A DNA stretch of 41,193 nt from Chiloscyllium plagiosum (Eukaryota), in NCBI RefSeq assembly GCF_004010195.1, contig NW_025214289.1:1-41193 (forward strand), written 5' to 3'. The notes under the pieces were generated by a model. The model ran no database searches. It was given only the letters and a program-made list of their open reading frames with translations, and was not told the DNA's origin. The position numbers were made by a program, and so were the translations under genes. Positions 34,101-41,193 of the stretch are shown one piece after another. The number at the start of each line of letters is the position of its first letter. Positions within the stretch are counted from its first letter, which is position 1.

Positions 34101-35548
34101 GACAGGGGGCTGTTGCCAGAATTTTTTCTATCGTCTCAATTTGAATGTAAGGTTATTGGACTGAAAGTTAGCGAGTGGCTGCTATGAGTGTATTTTTCTC
34201 TGGATGTTGAATTCCGTTTGCTTAAGCATTAACAATGACACTTTTGGTGAGTGAGACGTTTTTGTTGCGATGAAACGAGTGACTTCTGCGACTTTACAAA
34301 AGTTCAGCAAGGAAAATCTGCTGAAATTAGCAGACAGGGTGGAGTTCGAGTTACCTTCTTCCGCGAGGTATAAAAAATAATGACAACAATAGCTCGGCAT
34401 TTAGATTTGCTGGTAATGCCATCAGAATATTTGTAAGTGGCTAACCTTCATTTGAAAATGAACCCGTTTTAAGTTAGAGGCCAAATAAAAAGGAAGAGAA
34501 AAGGAATTGAAACCGTTTCAGTTACATTTAAAAACACAGCAAAGAGAAAAAAAAAACAACGATTTGATTCAGCTGAGCAGACATGGAAAGGAGAGGAAGG
34601 TCATAGCAGAACAAGAATAAAAGAGAAAGAGAAAAGGGAGAGAAAGAGAGAATTTGGGGGAGACAGGGTTTCAAATTGAGAAACTGACATTTCAGCAGGG
34701 AAGTCGCCTTAAAGGATGTAGGTGCAAGTAGACGGAAAACTTTGAGAAGGAGTTAGTTTGGTTGAGCAAAACCATCGTAGCCAAAGGTCTAGTGGGGAAC
34801 TTTTAAAAATATAACCAGGCATTGTTTAACTTGACAAAATATATGACGTTCTTTTTTCATCGCATTTGTGAAGATGATTTAACAAATGAAGTGACTAGTG
34901 ACCATTTGGCCTTTTCTGATGACGTAGTAGAGCAAGTGTGAAATATGCATCCCTGACAGAGGAGGCGTCTGGGGTATCTGAGGAGTTGAAGAAAGCCATC
35001 TTACATGTGTACAAGCGTATGCCAGAAGCCCTAACACAGCGTTTCGGGAAACCAGTAAGTTACCCTGCTGAATCATACACTGAGTTTGAACAATCAAAGC
35101 AAGCAATTTTGATAGGTGGATAACAACATGAAAAGAGTCTAACATAAGATACTCTTAGAGAGACTGTTATTTGGAGGAATTCCAGCCTTCACTTCCTGAT
35201 GCCATGAGAACTTCTGTGGAAGAACAGAGAGGAAAACAAAGGCAAAAATAGCAGCTGAAATGGCTGATCATTATTAGTTGATTCAAAAATCAAAGTTTGG
35301 ATTCGATTAATTTCGATCCCTCAAGCAAGGATTTTGGGTAACGAGAAATCCTCTCAAAGTAATTGAACGGTAGATCTCAGTGAATATCAGAATGATAACT
35401 TACCACAGGATTTTAAAAAAAGTATCAACAGCAAACAGAGATTGGAAAACTCTGATATTTTCATGTCACGAAAATGGGACGCATGGAATGACAATGCAGG
35501 TGGGTTAGATAAACCACTAGACTGACGTATACAGGATAAGCCAGTGAA

Positions 35549-35835
35549 TTAGATTAGGCTCCATACAGTGTGGAAACAGGCCCTTCGGCCCAACAAGTCC
35601 TCACCGACACGCAACCCAACCAGACCCGCTTCCCTCAACTCGTGCACCAAACACTAACGGCAGTGCAGCATGGCCAATTCACCGAACCTGCACATCTTTG
35701 AAATGTGGGAGGAAACCCACACAGACACGGGGTGAATGTACAAACTCCGCATAGACAGTCGCCCGAGGCTGGAATGGAGGCCGGGACCCTGGTGATTTGA
35801 GGCAGCAGTATAACCACTGCGCCACCGTGCCACCC
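35549..35835 (-). mobile_element. HE1-type V-SINE
   Basis: Antisense HE1: CAGTGTGGAAACAGGCCCTTCGGCCC ... GAGGCAGCAGTATAACCACTGCGCCACCGTGCCACCC. Confidence 0.92.
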
Positions 35836-36304
35836 CTAACGTTCTGGGAGTCGTAAGTAAAAGCACAGTGGAGGCTGAAAAGCTACATTAGAATGCACAA
35901 CGTAGTCGGAGTTTGGTGAACGTCGAAGTGGCAGATCTAATAAAAGCCTGAACGTGTGAAGGTAAAGTTTATGTGCATCGGCCAAGAGCAGTAGTAAATG
36001 AGGGTGTAGTATGAGATACGTGATCATGTTAAACATTGTTTTTTTTTTCAGAGATGAGGGATATGCACCTCAGACGATTTATAGCTTGAAAATGTGGAAT
36101 TCATAATGAGGCTATATGTGTTGAATTATGCAGAGCGAGATTAGTTTGTCCAGCGAATATTTGTGAAGTGATTATCGGAGTAAGGAAAGATCTCTCGGCA
36201 CCAGAAATAACATTCATCTTTGCTAACGGTGCACCTCAGTCACAGGCAGGTGTCCTGCCTACAGTGGTTGAAAAGCCAGTGAAAATAAAGAAAACTGAGA
36301 TACT

Positions 36305-36855
36305 TGTTTTGAAGGGGTGGGTGTCCTGTACCTTTAAGAATCCTGGAATCAGCAGAACACCTGCCAGAACCAATTGTTCCGAAATAAAAAGGAGAAATTT
36401 GTCAAACAACTCGATTAGCCTGGAAACGACAAAACAGATTCGAGTTAGGTCAACAATGGTTAAATTATTCCCTGAAAAGTCCAACCCAGTTTGAATTTAT
36501 TTATATTGACAATCGAAAAAGCCAATGATTTAATCCGAATAAATCCGGGCAAAATTGAAATGTTGTCAGGAAAACTACCAAGCTATCAGCATGTAAAGAT
36601 TGCCTAAAAAATAGTTATCTTAAAGGCAACGTATCAGTCAGTAACTCGATGAAACAGAATCTCTATGAAGAAGGAAATAAGACTGAAATACAGAGAACAA
36701 ACTAAAGTTTCCAAGTTCTGAGAGAAGATATTTTGTTTTGTATATCATCATCGAGAGTATTATCAGACTGGTATTATTGGAAGGACAGTAAAATATAGAT
36801 TAGTGTAAGTAGTTGTAAATATTTTTAGTTAATCATTCTCCGTTATATTTTAAAC
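36305..36855 (+). mobile_element. Solo-LTR-like element, same family as 14962-15665, 3'-truncated
   Basis: TCCAACCCAGTTTGAATTTATTTATATTGACAATCGAAAAAGCCAAT versus TCCAATCAAGTTTGAATTGAGTATATTGACTATTTTCAAAGCCAAT; AAAATTGAA..AACT(A/G)CCAAGCTA shared; inserted in the Gypsy coding region. Confidence 0.6.
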
Positions 36856-36911
36856 ATACACTGGATTGTTTTTCCAGACGATGTAGTAACGATGTCAGAA
36901 TGTCCATCAGA

Positions 36912-39160
36912 CATGGGTGCAGTCATTACATCATTCAGCCCACAGAATCTCTTCTGCTTTGATTTGTGGCGGATAATGTTCTCATTGCCATTCTCTAGCC
37001 TTCTTTTCATAATCATTGATCGCCTTAATACTAAAGAACCTATCTACCTCAGTCATAAACAGACCCAATGATGTATCATCCACGTACTTCTGTGGCAAAA
37101 CATTCCAAAGATGAACCACTCTCTGACTGAAGGCATTTCTCCTCAGCTCCGTTCTAAAATGTCTTGTCTTGACAATAAAGTTGCGCCCATGGGTCCAATC
37201 CTCTTCTAACAATTGAAGCATCTTCCTAACGTCTATTATTTTCAGATCGTGAAGTAGTCTGCATGTTTCAATTAGGAATACCCTTATATTTCTAAAACTC
37301 ATCCATGTTGAACCCAGAGTCTTCAAACTTTCATCCGATGTTCAGATTTTCATTCCTGGGACCACTTTCGTGAACCTCCTCTGAACACGCTCCAGAGCCA
37401 TTACATCCTTGCTGCGATGTGGGACCGAACAATGAGTAAAATAATTTTAATATGGTCTGACTGGAGCCTGAGAGACCATCACAAGTACATCACAGTATAT
37501 ATGTTCAAGCCCCCTTCAAACAAACGTTAACATTTTAATTGCTTACAACTACTAACTCAACTTGCAAGTTTACGTTGACAGAATCCTGGGCAATAGAAAA
37601 TAGTCCATGCCTCCATTATTCCGAACAAAGTCCATCTGCCACTTCGTTGACTAATCTCTGAACCCTTCCAAGACATTCTGCAGCCTCCCCGTATCCTCAA
37701 TGTTACCTGCCCCTCTGGATGCCATCGTATCGTCTGCAAACGTAGCCAGAACTCCCACATTTCCTTCATCAAGATCGTTACAGTGAAAAGTAAAATATTT
37801 TGATCGCAACACTGAGCCTTGCTGAACACCACCTGTCATTAATTGCCATTCTGAGAAGGGCCCTTTTATTCCCGCTGTCTGCTTTCTGCCAGGCAGCCAA
37901 GCCTCTATCCATGCTAGCACCTTGCCTCTGACACAACGGACCCTGATCTTACTCAGTAGCTTCCTGTATGGCGACTTGATAAAGGTCTCCTTGAAGTACA
38001 CTCATGTAACATTCATTCATTTATCTTAACTGCTCGTTAAATCCCCAAAAAATTCGAATACTCCGCCAGGCATTACCTGCCCTTGATGAAACCACGCTGA
38101 CTTTGCCCTGTTTTACGCGACACTTCTAAATATTCACAAATCTTACCCTTCACTTAGATTCGAGGATCTTCCCCATGACTGAGGTTTGGCTGATCAATGT
38201 GTAAATTTCCATCTTTTTGCCTTCCCCCCTTTTCAAACAGAAGTGTCAGGTTATTGATTTTCCAGTCCCCCGGGAACCCCTCCCCCGATTCCCGTGATTC
38301 CTAAAAGATAACCACGAATGCTCCATATCACTTAATCTGTACCTGTTAGAACTCTGGGATGTAGTCAATCCAGTCCACATGATTTTCCAATCAACAGGCC
38401 ATGCTGTTTTCCACGCACCTTTTCCTTTTAAATGGCCAAAATACTCGGCTCTGCCCAATGACTCTCTTGAAGGTTTGGAATATTAGTCTTTTCTTCTGCC
38501 ATGAAGGCTGATGTGAAATAATGATTCAGTTCCTCATGCATTTACTTGTTCCCTATTACAATCTCTCCAGCGTCATTTTCCAGGAACTGAAAATAAACTT
38601 TTATGGCTCTTTTGCATTTTATCTATTTCAACACGCTCTTTCAGTCTTCCTTCATATTACAGGCTATTACTGATTTTCTCCCTCCTTCTTCCTTTGTTTA
38701 TGTTGCCCTCCGTTGGTCTTTGAAGGTTGCACAATTCCTTGTTTTCCCACTGCCCTTAGCCACGTTATATGCTTTCTCTTTTGCAAAATTTGACTCCTCT
38801 CGTCAGCATGGTTGCCTCTTCCTCCCTGAACCATGCTTCCCTTTTCTCAGGATGAATCTCTGATGTGTCTCATGAATTAATCCCAGAAACTCTTGCTATT
38901 GTTGTTCCACACTCCTTCGTGGTATGTTCCTCGCCCAGTCAATTATACCCAGCTACTCGCTCATGCCTCTGCCGTTGCTTCTTTTCATCTATATTATCGT
39001 TACCTCTATATTCTATATTCTCCCTCTAAAAATGCAGAGTAAATTCAACTGTGTAGTGATAACCCTGACTGCGGAGTACCTTCACCTTTAGCTCCCTTAC
39101 CCTGTAAGCCTCATTCCACAACAATAAATCAATTACATGCATTGACTGCTCTCTAGTGGG
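36912..39160 (-). mobile_element. Decayed CR1 LINE (ORF2 and tail) inserted in the Gypsy element
   Basis: ORF 37651-38001 (GKVLAWIEAWL, GVQQGSVL, ATFADDT) and ORF 36982-37326 (RRNAFSQRVVHLWNVLP). Confidence 0.88.
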
Positions 39161-39684
39161 CTACAGCTGAAACAATAGGAGAAATCAGTACAGATAAGAA
39201 ATTTGAAGTGCAATTATCAGAGATCATGTTGGATCGAATGTCTGAGACAATGCAAGAACAGGTGGAGGACAATGTAAATATCAGTAGATCAGGGAAAATA
39301 AATGGGTCACAACAGAAAAATGAAACATTGCCGCGACTGTATCAGTACGTTTACACAGAAGTTGAATCTGAGTTCATTCCTGAACACTACTTCATTTTAT
39401 TAACGAAGTCTTAATGAGGATTATCTTGGCAAAAGTGAAAAGGACAGAATTTCATCAATTCGTACTACCGGAGTGTTGTCGAAAGGAGATGTTGAAGGCA
39501 GCGCATACACTCCCAGTAGGATGTCACTTCGAGGTCCTTTATTCTTTCATTGCGTGTGGTAAGAGAACACGTTTATGAATGGAAATTGGGGCATTTTCTC
39601 TTAACCTTTCAGAATTAAAATTACCGGGACAGTAATAAATTGCAATAATGTTTATAAATTTAATGGTCAGGTCGAGGCAATTTC

Positions 39685-39901
39685 GAGGAACACCAACGAT
39701 GGCGAGGATTGGATAGACAACAGGTTGAATGACCCAAAGTACAGACAGGGTCTGCAATATTGAAGATGACCAATCTTGAGAAAGTTAGTAAAGGCCCCAA
39801 GTTAAACTCTAGCCCATTCTTGTCACATTAGAATCTGCTATTTTTTGATTCTGATCTATTGTTTGAAGATCCCAGTCCAAACATCTCATATTCTGACCCA
39901 T
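39685..39901 (-). pseudogene. GPR139-like pseudogene, exon 1 (N-terminus and TM1 start)
   Basis: One frame reads MGQNMRCLDWDLQTIDQNQKIADSNVTRMG*SLTWGLY*LSQDWSSSILQTLSVLWVIQPVVYPILAIVGVP. It ends in phase 1, matching exon 2. The donor reads C|GAAATT instead of G|GTAAGT. Confidence 0.82.
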
Positions 39902-41193
39902 TATTGGAGCATTCCAGTCTGTCCTGTCAGATTCTGAACTTCCAGTCTCTCTCTCGATCTCTCTCTCTCTCTCTCTGTAACTGTTCGTGTCAGAGGTGAT
40001 GGTGTCACTGATACCATGGGATAACTCATCGAATTTGAGCTCTTTATTAATAGAAGAGCGAAAGCATGCACCGACACAATTGGAATCTGTGGAGACAGAC
40101 AATAATTACAGTCACTGAGCAAACAGCTCCAGTTAACTCCTTCCAATCGAACAACGTTTCTGCCACAATTATGCGTTATATTTACACATTCTGGATAGAA
40201 AACCTTGTTGTTATCGAGGGAAGCATTCTTGGCCATCACATAAGATTTGAGGTGACTTCGCAGATTCAATGTGGAAAGGTTGGTTCCTCTTCTCGGATAA
40301 AGTAGAACTGCAGCTGCGTCCTAAGTATTAAGTGGGCGCCCGTTAAAACTCGGGAGGACCTATCATTTAATCTTGCAGATGGCCCTAACGCTTTGAAACA
40401 TTCATCTGGAAAAGTTAGATGAAGTTGAATATATACAAAAAAACACAGAGATGGATGCGTTCTTGCTAAACGAGAGGTAAACGTTATAAACAGTAGTTTC
40501 AATAGTGAATTAGTGATTAGATTCCGTTCAGATTCTTTGTGCCAAATCGCGCGCTGTGACTACTTTTTTAAAAAAAATAGTTCATTTGTTCTGAGCTTCG
40601 TCTTAAAATTGAAAGTTTCTTTGTTTTTAACGTTGTCTTCCAAACAGCATATTCGAACAAGTTCAAAATCTACACCAGTATACATACATTTCTGTCTCGT
40701 TAATGAGAAGATGATTTTCAATAAATCACATTCCTTTATTCAAAACTCCAAATCCAAACACAGTCACAATGCAACATCATCTGACAAGCTTTTCTTCCCA
40801 ATAAATCGTGAAATGCTGGGAAAATCAGCAGGTCTGACTGGATCTGTGGGAACAAAAATCAGAAATAACCCTCTGAATGAAATCACGCTACTTTCAATAA
40901 CATCAAATTATTTATGCCAATTCTGTTACTTTAAGAGAACACTTTGCATTTTTTGTTTTGATGAGAGATTGTGAGACAGACGTTGATAGCCGGCTATTGA
41001 AGGCCACTTGAGTAAACAGCTTCGGAGGCATGGAGCTTTATGAATGTTCGTACTCACCTCTCGTAGATCCAGATTTCTAGGTTTTGTTTGATCGATTAGT
41101 AACAGAACTTAATAGGATCATATGAAAACACTAGTTAACGTTTCCTGGCTACTACACTCGCTCAATTTTCTCTTGGGTTTTCGTCCTCCTGCA

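Larger units (their letters stand above)
34215..39540 (+). mobile_element. Gmr1-like Gypsy LTR retrotransposon internal region (SCAN-like gag, protease, start of integrase), decayed and fragmented
   Basis: gag KYASLTEEASGVSEELKKAIL..Y..MPEA..QRF (34938-35123) and AAEMADHY; protease C-terminus IIGVRKDLSAPEITFIFAN..QAGVLPTVVEKPV (36168-36285); QQKNETL..LYQ..YTEVESEFIPEHY then FHQFVLPECCRKEMLKAAHTLPVGCHF (integrase zinc-binding His pair) at ~39300-39530. Confidence 0.8.

Noticed and set aside
14962..36855. The two similar LTR-like copies as ends of one 22-kb provirus containing the gag
   Set aside because: The copies are highly diverged, the gag is on the opposite strand, a gap and a GPCR exon lie between, and the right copy is nested inside another element.
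40266..41193. ORFs 40513-40974 and 40266-40502
   Set aside because: AT-rich, no recognisable motifs; 40513-40974 partly overlaps a repeat relic.

Overview
Eukaryotic, repeat-dense genomic DNA, almost certainly from a shark (HE1 V-SINEs, HER1/CR1-type LINEs and a chondrichthyan-style GPR139-like receptor; the taxon is an inference). A 500-N gap (17914-18413) splits the window. Left of it are nested CR1 LINEs and SINEs, a ~6.8 kb, nearly invariant 27-bp G-rich minisatellite (~250 copies, source of the spurious-looking 2305-aa ORF), a solo-LTR-like element, a possible terminal exon of an unidentified minus-strand gene and a Penelope RT fragment. Right of it are a decayed class-I-like endogenous retrovirus gag and a two-exon GPR139-like GPCR pseudogene (exon 1 ~39685-39901, exon 2 ~25594-26502). 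The receptor's 13-kb intron holds a near full-length CR1 and a Gmr1-type Gypsy element broken by three later insertions. The most intriguing item is a dispersed family of ~150-190 bp TSD-flanked, Penelope-derived fold-back elements with a minimal hammerhead-ribozyme core at the apex of a long hairpin. No intact host protein-coding gene, rRNA, tRNA or CRISPR array is supported. All calls were made by eye; no database search was run.
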